DNA of 64,000 bases from contig NC_043006.1 in assembly GCF_006345805.1 (NCBI RefSeq), forward strand, positions 26,226,001-26,290,000, in the 5' to 3' direction. The stretch's first letter is position 1, and each line of letters opens with the position of its first letter. The position numbers were made by a program, and so were the translations under genes. Of this stretch, positions 23,261-36,200 are shown one piece after another. The stretch is from Octopus sinensis (taxonomy: Eukaryota). The notes under the pieces are model-generated. The model searched no databases. It was not told where the DNA came from and saw only the letters and a list, made by a program, of their open reading frames with translations.

Positions 23261-26200
23261 GGTTTCGTAGGGGAAAGACGTGTTTGCTTTCACTCTGTGA
23301 TAAAAACAAAAAGGTTTGCATAAATCGACGAAATAATCTGCTAAAACTGATAAAAAACGTAGAACTTGTTATCTCATAGCGGTCTACTAGGATATATTAG
23401 TTAAAAACCGTAATATATTTCGCTTCAAGCCGAATATAATACAGTAAAGTTAATTACGCACTCAAAATTTTCCGTCGAAAAAGCACGTGGTGGCATCTCG
23501 TAAGTTTATTTCCAACCAACTGTAACAAGCAAAAAGAATTGTTCTCTTTTTGTTTTTGAAAGAAAACTTCTCCGTATAGGGACACGGATTTGGAACTTCT
23601 ACCTCTTGTGAGATAAGTACCCCTTTTCATTTGTTTAATTTCCTGTAGTTCAATGTAACGTATGAGTTAGGACCTCATCTCTGTTTACATTCTGTTAATA
23701 ATCTTCTTTCAATTTCTGTTTCAGCGCTCGCTTCACTTTTATCAATTTCTCACTACGTCTCTTCAAAATTATTCAATTTTAGATAGGTATATATTTATTT
23801 GTTGCTCTATTTATATATATATATTTACTCAGCCTCTCAATCTTCCTAAATATATAGACGCGAACATTAGAAATATAGTCGTAATTAATTTAGAAGAAAA
23901 TTTTCGTAGTTACAGATAGATAGATATTTATAATTAGCTTAGAAGAGAACTTTCGTAGCTGTAGATATATATTTATTTGTTGCATGACCTCCTCTCTTTC
24001 ATTTCTTTCTCTGTCTCTTCACTTCTCTCCTTCACGCATTTCTCTGTCACACTATCTTTCATCTCTCAATCTTTCTAAATATATAGACACGAACTTTCTA
24101 CCCTCACTCTCTTCTTATCTTCTCTCAATCTCTCTAAATACATAGACACTTTCTTTCTCTACCCTCTATCACACAGTTAAATTTTAAATATAATTAGATA
24201 GGTAAATAAATAAAATATGCAAAAAAATGTCCAGAACCTGGAGGAGCATGGAATTGGCTTTGTTCTTGACAGTCTGGTGATGTGTTGACGGAGATAATCC
24301 GAACACCATAAGTACAGCTGCACTGAAGAGCAATGGTTACACAAGGACGTTAGCACAGATAGAGCGAAAGAAGCAGGAGTTTATACGCTCCTATGCACTC
24401 ATAAGATCTCACATCAGCACACTTGATGCCATCTTTGACAACGAACAAAGCAAAGATGGAGGCACGGTGCTGATGAAAGATGTCACCCTCACTTGGTAGA
24501 CACCCAGGACAACAAAGAAGATTCAAGTGAGAAACCCAAGTGCCCCTACCAGCATCAAAAGCCAAAACCATGGAGATGAAAGAGCCAAAAAAGACGTAAA
24601 AGAAGGAAAAACTAAAAGAAAAACGAAAGATGAAACAGCCAAAGAAGGAAAAACTAAAACTCAAACAAAACCAAAAGATGAAACAGCCAAGGATAGAACC
24701 AAACCTGACTATCCATATACCAAAAAGGATAGAAAGAGACAGCACACACGAATGTGTAAATTCTACCTGAAAGGTGTCTGCTGGCACAGAGAGGAAGGCG
24801 CAGGCTGGTGTTTTGTACACCAAAGACCCTGCCACATAAACATGAAACAGGGCAGAAACCAACTGCCAAAAGGAAAAGGAAAGGACTACGCACCACCTGC
24901 CCCAAAATGGAGGTACGCAGATCTAGTGCGTGTTACAAACCATCAACATGTTATTGAAAGGGCAGCTGCTGAACAAGAATCTCTTTTGTGCATGGCACAA
25001 AAGATTGTACAGCAGCTAACCTGGCTCCATCAAACTCAAACTCACAGATGGGACTATCCACAATACACAAGACTGCCACAGCAAATAGACCCAAGGTGGC
25101 AACAATACACACATCACCTCAATGCTCTTACTGAACATCAGAGGACTGCTAACACTCAGTAACAAGACAAAAATCCCTTTCTTGAGAGACCTTGTTGCAT
25201 GCAATCAAGCCTTATGCATAGCACTTATGGAAACACACCTGAAACTGGACATAGCAGATGCGGAAATACACATACCACAGTATGTTGTATTACAGACCGA
25301 CAGAAAAGAAAGGGGTCATGGTGGAGTTGCTATGTACATCCGCGAAGACCTCACACCCCAGGTCCTTTTGTCATATTCAAATTCGGTATGTGACACACTA
25401 ATTGTACATATAAGGCAACTCGGTGTAGTTATATGTACTACAATTCGCCCTCCAGATGCTCCAAGCCATGTAGGCAAGTTTGAAGACTGCCTTACAAAAA
25501 TAGAAGTTCTAGTCGCATTAGAACAACACATAAGTGTACTTCTTATGGGAGACTTCAATCTGCCCAATGTCAGATGGCTCACAGGCCTTTCTCTCCCAGG
25601 AATGATACGATGCAAACGAGGTCCCTCCTGAACCTCATCAACACTCTGTACACGGAGCAAATAATACTCCAACCAACCAGGGCAGGTAACATACTGGATC
25701 TCTGCTTCACAAATATGGATCTCATGCATAATGTGAAAGTGACACTGACGCTACTCTCAGATCACAACATGGTAGAGCTGACCATGTACGGGCCAAAGGA
25801 AAGCATGGACATGCAGCCTACAGGAAACTCTCAGGATCTTTCCAGCTTGAACTTCCATAAGGCAAACTGGAAACAAATTGAGAAAGAGATCCTCAAACAA
25901 AACTGGCCTTAATGTCTCTCCTTGCCAGACATCGACATGAAACTTCAACAATTCATGTCTGTAATGCAAACCATATGCTACAAATGTGTCCCAGATAGAA
26001 AGGCCACTGTACACAAGAACAAAATCCCCAGAGAGAGGAAAATTCTCATGAGACGGTATACAAAAGTTTCAAATCGCCTAAACAAACAAATTGAAAGCAG
26101 TGAAAAGTCCCGCCTGAAAATAAAACTGTTGGAAATTGAAAAATGTCTCCCATGAAAAAGAAAGAGCAGACAAAGAAGCCTGGGTTATAGACAACATAAA

Positions 26201-28030
26201 ATCTAACCCCAGAGCTTTCTACAAGTTTGCCAAAGAAACAGCTATGGTGTACTGTAGGATAGGGCCACTCCTTGAAAAGAATGGTACACTCACAAGAAAT
26301 CCAATGAGGATAAGTGAAATACTAAATGAGCAATTCAAAAGTATTTTCACTCCACCCCTAGGGCATTTTCAAGTCAGCAATCCAACCGACTTCTTTACTA
26401 CTGCATAAAATCAGAGGCAACAATGATTGATTACATCAATATAAAGGAAGACGATGTAATAAAGGCGATAGATGAAATTTACCCAAACTCAGCTACTGGC
26501 CCCGATGGAAAAATATGCCCTATTCATAAAGGAGGTAGCAGACCAGAGGCCAAGAACTACAGACCTATCTCTCTGACCTCACACATCAGCAAGGTCATGG
26601 AACAAATAGTGAGAAGGAAACTAATCGCCTTACTTGAAGAAAATGACTTGCTGCCTGACGCCCAACATGGTTTCCCACCAGGAAGAAGCTGCCTAACTCA
26701 GCTCCTACAACACTATGACTGGGTGCTGAAACAACTGCTCAACCACTCAAATGTAGAAGTGATATATCTCGACTTTGCAAAGGCCTTTGATAAAGTCGAT
26801 CATGGAATGATATGTCACAAACTGCGTGATCTTGGCATAGTTGGAAAATTGGGAAAATGGCTTCATGACTTTCTGAAGGATAGAAGTCAGGTGGTAGTAG
26901 CCAATGGGACCACCTCTATCAACACGCAAATAGTGAGCGGTGTTCTGCAAGGCACTGTTTTGGGACCACTGCTGTTCATAATGGCCCTCTCAAACATGCC
27001 CTCAGCCATGCAGAGTGCCACAATCACAAGTTTTGCAGATGATACAAAAGTTTCACAGGTAATACAGAACCCTGAAGACACTATGCACCTGCAATGTGAG
27101 CTGTACAAAATATACAAGTGGGCTGAAAAGAAAAGCATGCAGTTCAATGCTGAAAAGTTTCAAGCTTTATGCTATCAGCATGCAAAACTAAATGCAATAC
27201 CCAATAAATACACTGGACCTGGAGGGATTGCAATCCCAGAGGCACAATCAGTGCGAGACCTGGGTATTTACATTAGTAATGATGCAACCTTTCATGTGCA
27301 TGTTGCTAAATTAGTAATGAAATGTAGGCGGCTGACCGGATGGATTCTTAGAGCCTTTAGAACAAGAGACCAGGAAACCATGACAGTCCTCTGGAGGACA
27401 CTTGTCCTAAGCCACTTTGACTGTTGCTCTCAGCTATGGTCACCATCCAGTGTCAAATTAATTACAGAACTTGAGGCAATCCAATGAAGCTACATGAAGA
27501 AGATAGCCTCTGTGCAGCATATAAGCTATTGGGAAAGACTCAAGAGATTAGAACTCTATTCCTTAGAGCGTAAGTGAGAAAGATATGCCATAATATACAT
27601 CTGGAAGAACTTGTCCCAAAATTTGGCATTAAGAGTTACACAAATACTAGAACTGGGCACCACTACATAGTGCCAAGGACTCCAAATTTGCCATCAAGAT
27701 GTAGGACAAGATACTGTGATAGCCTGGGCTTCAGAGGTCCACAGCTCTTCAATATCCTCCCGAAGGACCTGAGAGACCTGCATGGGGTGGATGCAGATGT
27801 CTTTAAAATAAAACTGGATCTCTTTCTGTCAGGTGTCCCATATGAACCAACTTCAAGGCAGGGTGTGCAGATGAGGGCAGCTGCATCGAACTCTCCCAAG
27901 CACCAAATGGCAATTGCTAAAAAGCATTCGTGAAGTAAAATCATGTAGCAACACTGAATGGCAGTGCCCCAGCATGGCCACAGCTCGTGAGCTGAAACTA
28001 GATAAAATAATAAAATAAATGAACAAAAAA
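23261..28030 (+). mobile_element. Near full-length decayed CR1-group LINE, copy 2 (ORF1 from 24227, ORF2 about 25110-27933)
   Basis: Colinear with copy 1 from 5'UTR to tail; LMETHL, MGDFNLP, YLDFAKAFD, FADDTK; internal deletion near 26510. Confidence 0.93.
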
Positions 28031-28746
28031 AAACCCTGCAATATACATACAAGCATGACAAATCTTTAGACTAAGCCTGGTTCTCTTAGAAAAGGCAGAT
28101 AAAATGATATTTTTTCACTCAAATTGGGGTTAAAGCCTAAGTGTATTAGAGAGGATTAACCTTAAAGAATTTTTCTAGTAGCTATCACACTTTGCAAAGA
28201 ACACCAGCACAAGTCCAAACAGCATCTCATCTGAGCACATTCTCTTTCTAATCAATTGTGCTAATACTTTTTCCGATATTTCCATAACTTGGCCCCATCA
28301 GTATGTTGCTTCTTTCTAGAGCATTGCTTTTTGCCTTTTTAGCAGTTTCCATCTACCAAATTCCCTACATAACACATTGAGGCTGCAGTAGAAAATATTT
28401 GCCCAAGATTCTCTGCAGAGTGTCACTAAGGTAGTCTGCCTTTCATACATTTACTACTGTGTAATTCAACAGAGATCAGTACAATAAACATCAGGGTTGC
28501 AATGAATGACTAAATAACTGAAGATGGCACCCAGCATGACCAGAGTCTAATAAAATAATATTGAGCTTATGTTAGCAGATCGTTCAACGTAGCCTTTAGC
28601 AAGTATGATGGCTTTTTTTTTTTTGTTTAGTAATCTAACCATGACATTCCATTCTAAATTGACAACTAGCATGAGGAAACTTATTACAATGTTTGACATT
28701 CAAATTAAAACACTTGATTTTTGACTATCTATGATAATGATTTAAA

Positions 28747-28752
28747 TTTATT
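28747..28752 (-). promoter_or_regulatory. Candidate distal MED1 polyadenylation signal (proximal candidate at 33230-33235)
   Basis: tttatt on + equals AATAAA on -, near the edge of the transposon-free block; use not demonstrated. Confidence 0.25.
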
Positions 28753-31700
28753 GCTTTTAATTAACAATATTTCCATCAATGTAAAACAAAGCAGTTTGAG
28801 TCTAAATAAACAATAGCAAGGCAAAAGTGTTTGTAAGATTTTTATATGCTGTACAGGACAAGGACAAAGCTGTACAAGGGAACTGTACAATAATTTAATT
28901 TGAGTTAGACATAGGTTATTGGTAAATTTAATCAATCACTCAATAAACCAATCATCTAGCACAGAGAAAAACATTGATAAACAGTTTCAACAATATTACA
29001 TCTGATATATACCAAGTAGTTGTAATAGTAGTAGTTGTAGTAGTAGTAGTGGTGGTGGTGATAGTAGTAGTAGGAGGAGGAGTGGTAGTAGTAGTTGCAG
29101 TAATAGTATTTATAGTAGAGTTGTATTCATGATAAGAAGAAAAATTCCCAGCAGAATATGGATAACTACTAACAGCAATACTATTACAATCACTGCAGTT
29201 TTTTGAGGTTGAGTTACTTTTGCATCATCTCAATCCTATTTCTTCCTCTTTCTGAACAATTTCGATTTATTGATAAGGGTAAGAATTTCAATCTAGAACA
29301 TAAATTGGTAACTAAAGTCAAAGAAAAGAAAAAAAAAATCAAATTTATTTGATATGTGTGCTGGATGAACTTAATAATAGACAAAACAAATGCCTCATTG
29401 GTTTCTTTTACATATTTCCTTTTATCAGCAACCTTTGAAGTTTGATAGAAATATCTGTAAAGGATCAGGAAAACTCAAAAGTAGTCAAACTAAAGTGATT
29501 CAACTTGCATTCATATATTACATAAGTTGATAATTAACATATTTAATGCATGAAGCATTAAAAAGCTAAACGGGAATCAAATATTCAGGTTATCACATAT
29601 TTCTGAAAATTGGAAAAGCATACAGAAAAGAAATAACTAAATTTGTAAAAAAAACCTAAGTTTGAAACTTTTGTAGAATCTGATAAAGAATGAAACTGTT
29701 TTATCTAAGATTAAATTTGAACAGCTCAAAGCAGTCAAATTATTAATACTCTACAAATGAAACATGACTGCATTTTGCTTGAAAGTGTAGAAAAAATTAA
29801 AATAAGGTTGATAAATTTTTAAAAAAAAGCTCTTCAGTTTAATAATTGGATTTGTATGTTAAAATTTTTGATATAAAAATGACTTTTCCATTGAAGACAA
29901 TGAACAAAGAAGCATAACTTCAAATGGCTTGAAAATATGGACAAGATGAAAGAGGGTTAATTTGAGGTTTCAAAAAAAAAAGGAATCTTTATCAGCAAAC
30001 AAAAATGAAATATAAGTTGACAGAAATAAAATTCTCAGCAATGAAATAACTATTTCTTAAAATTTGCAATTGCATTCCAGCAGCATTTACCTGTAGAAGC
30101 AATTAAAATTCTAGCTGTTTCAAATAAATAAATAAATAATAAATAACAGCAACACAGACTATATACAAATAACAGGAAAATAGGTGAAAAACAAGAATTT
30201 CTAAGTTTCAGAGTTGAAAGTGGTTAATCTAAAGATATATCTGCAATAAAATGTAATCATATTTTAACCTAATTATTTTATTGTTTAAACAATAAATAAT
30301 AATCCAAAGTTAATTTAAATTGTCTCAAATAAAATCTGCAGCAACTTGTGAAATTCTGTTCCCAGAGGAGGAGAATGGAAGGGAAAAGATTGAGAGAGTA
30401 CTCAATACTTAATCCTTTCCGTTGATTGAGAATGTGTTTAAAAGGATTTTTATCAGACAGAAAGAAAAATATATAAATTTTTTTCACAACAGTACCATAC
30501 TCTGCTGTTGGCATCACAGGATTAAAATAAAAACATTGCATTTAAAAAAGTTCAAAATTTTTTTTTTTTTACTTTAACTTCATAGCCAAGCTTTGGGGGT
30601 GGGGAGAGGAAGAAAGAGAAGAGAGAGATAGAGAGAGAAATTACTAAATTTAACTCAATTATAATGATTATAAAATCTAACTTTAAATAGTTATTTTGTA
30701 AATGTTCAATGTTACAGTAGCTGTCATTAATTGATTGCAAGAGATGAAATATATTTTGAACATGATCATTAAGTTAAAAAATTAGTTAGCCAAAATTGGT
30801 TAAAGTTACTGAACAAAAATAAGAACAAGAGAATAATGCAAAAAATAACAAAAATGGCTATTCTAACCACCCACAACCTGGTAATATCAATAAGTTTGCC
30901 AATAGAATCTCTGTAATAATACTCAAATCTATAAAAACACACACACAAGCACACACACATACATATACACACATATCCCACCACCAAAAGGAAGAAAAAA
31001 AAAAAACAACTTAATATTTATATTTTTTTCCTTTCATTCATTATATCACGACATTTTAAGGTAGAAGAAATGTGGTCAGATTTAGTTCTGCCAAATTCTT
31101 CACTGTAAATGTTATATCACAAACATATTCTTTTCAAAATTTGTCTTTTTCATTTTATATTTAGAAAAAATTGCATGCTTTTCCATGTCAATATTAATAT
31201 TTCTTAGCTTTGATAAATCTTTAAATTTCATACCGATGTTTCAGTATAGACATACAAATGTACATTATCACCAGCAATATAGAAAAGAAATTCATTTATA
31301 ATTCTGTAAGGATGCAGTTAGAGTGTAAATGATGCAACAGAAGTAAATATGGCATTCACAGGGTGAGGAACAAATTACAGAAAAATAAAAAATATCCAAC
31401 TGATTAGCTGTAGTCTATCTCAGAAAGTTTACAGAAGTAAAAAAGAATAGATTCTAATACTTTCCATTACAATAATAATAATAAAGTTATAAGAAAGATT
31501 AATAGGAATAAATAACAAATTTATGCATCAGAATGTATGTGTGCACTTAAGTACACTCATATAAAACTACCATTTTGGAAAGATTTTACAAAGAATATTT
31601 TCATGACAACTGATTGAAAAAATTGCAATAATCTAAATTTAGTTCAAATTATAAAATCCCTAATTTTAATAGCTAAAAAGGAACAGCTCTGGTAAGACAT

Positions 31701-33288
31701 TTTACAACTAAAAAATATTTGATTTATAATGTTTTAATGAGTAAAATCCTTTTCATATTTCTTGAGCTAGCAATTTATTTAAAAACAATGTTAATATCAC
31801 AATGGGGTGAATCAGTAAAGATGTATACAGTGTTACAGCCTGACTTTCAATCTGATCACTAAATGAACTAAAGAACTTCACACTTTTAAAATAGGGACCC
31901 ATCTGAACTAACTAGCCATGAGATGATATAGAAATCATACACAATGCTATCTGTAGAGTATCAGGAGTTTTTTTTAAAGCTAAATCAGCTTTGATTTAGC
32001 AGTTCAAAAACATATTACTGACACTACTATTTCTTGTATGCAGGCTGTTTTACCAGAAGTATTATTTACTATGTTTTCAAGTTACAATTAAAGTGACCAA
32101 CACTGGCAATATTAATGAAAAGCCAGATATAGAAAAAAAAAAATGACCATCCAAGTCATTTTAGAGGTATGTAAACGTTACATTATCTTTCCATAATTAA
32201 GTAGGATGCAATTTGTCTGATATTTCTAACAAGTTGAGCAATCACACGAAAGCTCCTTGCTGGCTGGGAAACAATCAGAATTTGAAGGTATTAAGTGAAA
32301 TTAAATTCCTAAGTATAATATTTGTACAGTTAACCCAGATTGTTTAGGGTTAGCAAAAAAGGCAACTACTTACTTAAAAAACCCCATTAATAATGGAATG
32401 AAAAGGAATAATTTAAATGAAGATTGTTTTCAAAGAAACAAAATGCAAAGTATCTATGTAACATTTCTAAAACTGAAGAAATAAGACAGACTAACAGCTC
32501 ATGAGTGTTTACATGTTTTTCAACAACCATTTTGAGGGCGCTTAAAAATAACAGTAACAATAGAAGAGAGAAATATAAAGTAAGTTTTTTGACAAAGCTA
32601 ATTAAATATAAGAGTGAAGAGGAGGGGTGTTATTAACAGGAAAATGGAAAAACCATCCTTAACACTGTTATAATCATTTAAACACAAACTGCCTAACTTG
32701 GAGAGTGCTGCTGACACTGACATTCAATCAAATATACAACTAATCAACTGCTGTTAGTATTCTGACAATCACTTTAAACACCAATCAATTAGTTAAGAAA
32801 TTCTTGTCAATACTGTTAACAACAATTTAATCATATTTATTGATATTCAAACATCAACTATATATGCTGGATTGAAGTTTCTCAGAAATTAACCCAGTTT
32901 AACTCCACAGAAATTTGGGGAGTGATAAGAGAAGTTATAATTTACAAGTAGAATGTAAGTGGCAGCAGTTTTCTCCCTTCCCACAAAATCTCCAAATAAG
33001 TCACAGACAGACACAACCACACAGACAAATAAGTCAGGATCAATGCATACATATCAATAAACATATGTAGAACTATTTAAGTAACATATGAAAATAGACA
33101 TAGTTAAATGCATTAACATCCAGTGATACACACACTAAAATTTGAATACGTGTTTAGACAAAAACAGTTGATATATATTAATGTGTCTGTATATGTGTTA
33201 TAAATACATGAAGATATGGAGGTGTAATATTTATTAAACATCACACCAGCATATATTTATGTTAATAAAGAAAAATTTTATAGAATTA

Positions 33289-36200
33289 CTAGTAGGTTAT
33301 CATTAATGCTTCATCCATAAGATCATTATCAATAGGACTGGAGGAAACTGAAGTGGAGTTTGAATGTAAACTTATTTCACGCACACCTGAAGGTGAAAGA
33401 GGAAGGGGATTTTTCTGTCTTGGTGATGGTGTAGGAGACCTACTAGAAAATTTATGTTTACTATCGTGAGATTTGAAAATATCAACCTTTGATGATGACA
33501 TCGCTGGTATTTGGGGGTGTTTTTGATGTTGAGCTACAACCACTTGATGCTGCAGTTGGGAATTCTTAGGCGATGATGCATAGTCAATAATAAGTCCATT
33601 TTCAGGACTGCTGGCATCACTGCCAGGGCTAACTGGGTTTAGTGAAGAAAGGGTTTTTTTTTGCACTAATGTTTCATCTTGACTGCCTGTAAAATCCTTT
33701 TGTTTTTCAAAGTCTCCCGAGGAAATTTCCTCATCTTTTCGTAACGCTGAATGGACGTGTGATTCGTATATTTTAGAAAATTCATTTTCACCATTAAACT
33801 TAGCATCTTGTAAATGTCCCTTAATTCTCCGGATGGAAGTATGGACTTTGGTCCCTGAGTCAGTCCGTAAGGGAGCATTACTGCTGTCTAAATCTCGGCA
33901 GTTATTCAATACTCTGTCTAAAATGTCACGTTCTCCACTGCTATTGGAATTATCAAAACATGTTTTGTCAGAAGAAGACTGTTTTATATTTGCATTAGCA
34001 GTATTTAAATGTTTATTTGAACACCACCCTGGCTCCTCTACAACTGAATCTAACCTATTCCAAGGTTTTGAGCTGTTTTCTGAAATATACCTACCTTTGT
34101 TTTCAACTTCAAGATTCTCTGAAGATCTTGATGACTCTTGGGAGCAATCCCAGTCACTTGATAATTTAGAATGAACATTTGGGGTTTCCTTACTGTTTTC
34201 ATTTGATTTTTGAGGTGATTCAAGGCATTGGTCTTCCACACCTTTCTTTTGAACAAGCTTCATTGTTTCATTCAAAAATGGAGATTGACTTTGGCTAGGA
34301 CTAGATAACTCAAGTATGTCCTCAGAGTAACATCCATTTTCTCTTGAAAGTGTTTTAGATGTGGAAGACGTTGCTGACCGAGAATCTTTATGTGATTTGT
34401 TTGACAGCTGCTGCTTATTATTATTATTGTTGCTGTTACTACTACTACTACTACTACTATTACTACTACTACTACTGCTATTACTACAACTATTATTACT
34501 ATTAATACTACTAGTTCTACTACTGCTGTTACTGTAACCACCACCATCCCCACCACCAGAACTACTACTGCTATTACAACTGCTGCCCGTGCTTTTGCTT
34601 AAATGATCACTTTTCACTGATAAATGGCAGTCTCGTTTCGAAGTGCAACGTAATTCTTTCTTTTCAATTGATTCATGTCGGCTCTCCGATAACATTGGAA
34701 CTTCCTTGTTAATTATCTTACTATTGAGTGGTTCTTTTGATGATGTACCGACTAAAGTCATTGTAGTGATGGCCTTAGATGCAAATTTTTCAGAAAATGA
34801 TTCATCATCATCATCGTCATCGTCGTCGTCATCATCATCATCATCCCCGTCTGTTGGCGTAACTTCTTTAGGGTTTGATCTGGCAGAAATATCTCCATCG
34901 TTAGCACTACTAACATGAACATTAGTTGTGCTTGTCTTGGTGAGTTTATCAATCACAGCTGATAATGAACCTTTACGAGACCTGATAGCAGCTTTAGTCT
35001 TGTTGAGGCAAGTACTTGTGTTCACATTATTAATAGTGGGGTTACTGCAGCTGGTGCTGCTGCTGCTGCTGCTACAATTATTATCACTACTACTGGTGCT
35101 GGTACTGCTAGTACCAAGGGCAGCAGCATTTGTCGTAGTAATAGAAGTTGTAATCGAAGTAGTAGTGGTAGTAGAAGAAGTAGTAGTAGTAATAGTAGTA
35201 GTAGTAGTAGTACTAGTAGTAATAGGAGTAGTAGTCGTACTGGTAGTAGTAATAGAAATGTTTTTGGCATTGCTTATTTCTTTGGAAGTACTATTCCCAC
35301 TATTATTGCTGCTTACACTACAGCAACTGGAGACATTTAGGTTATTATTACTATTGTTTGTGAAATTACTACAACTGCTTGAAATACTTCCAATACTACT
35401 AGCTGTAGTTGCACATATAGACACATTACTGCTATTACTATTTTCTGTGTGTGGGCTGTTTGCCAAAGTATTGTTTACACTACTTTGGGTGACAATTGAA
35501 GAGGCCGTCATTTTCGATGTTAATGAACGGCTAGTCAGTGTGGCACTAGGTGTAATTGGAGATGTAGAAGAGAGTGAAGAAACAGCTGATGTTGATAATA
35601 TTGTACTGGTAGCTACAGTGGTTGTAGTTGTTTTGTTACCTGAGGGAGTAGCATTAGAATACACTGAAGGTGTCCGAACTGAGCTCACATTTACAGATGA
35701 ACCTGATGTAACTGGCATTACTAAAGGTTTTAATTTAACTGTAGGTGTTTTTGTCATAAGCTTAGAATCTGCTTTGTTGACGGTTATATTCTGTGAGCTG
35801 TGTGATGATGAAGCTAAGGAGCGAGGGGCACGGTGAGGCTTGGGACACTTCTCCGACTCTTTGTTGTTGCTTGAATTACTACAATGACTAGTAGAATACG
35901 AGCCAGTCAATTTATCCATTTGCTCATATCTTGAGCACTTTTCAGAAGTAGAAGAATCATACTTTGAAGAAACTTTTTCATTGATTGAAACTAATGAACG
36001 TTTTGAAGAATCAGTCAAATTTGATGCTTTCTTGTCTACAGATAATTTTAAGAAGCTTTTAGTGATTTTTAACTTCGGCATAGGCTTCGAGTCAGAAGAC
36101 GATTCAACTTGTGTAGATCGATAGACAGCCCCCTGTACTATCTCCGAGTAATCGTCGTTCTTTTCTTGTTTGCGCTTCTTCCTTTCCTTTTTACTCTCTT

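Noticed and set aside
21992-23323. Several long ORFs on both strands (up to 301 aa) rich in Y/I/H/T or C/V/Y/M
   Set aside because: Translations of the (TA)/(CA) microsatellite, which lacks stop codons in some frames.
6894-33289. A third host gene between eIF5B and MED1
   Set aside because: All recognisable coding signal is transposon-derived and disrupted; very small exons or ncRNAs cannot be excluded by eye.
34928-35836. 302-aa + strand ORF (also 33833-34174, 34643-34918, 36488-37027) as an antisense gene
   Set aside because: Shadow of the MED1 exon; poly-Val/Leu is the reverse complement of Thr/Ser/Asn codons; no splice or domain support.
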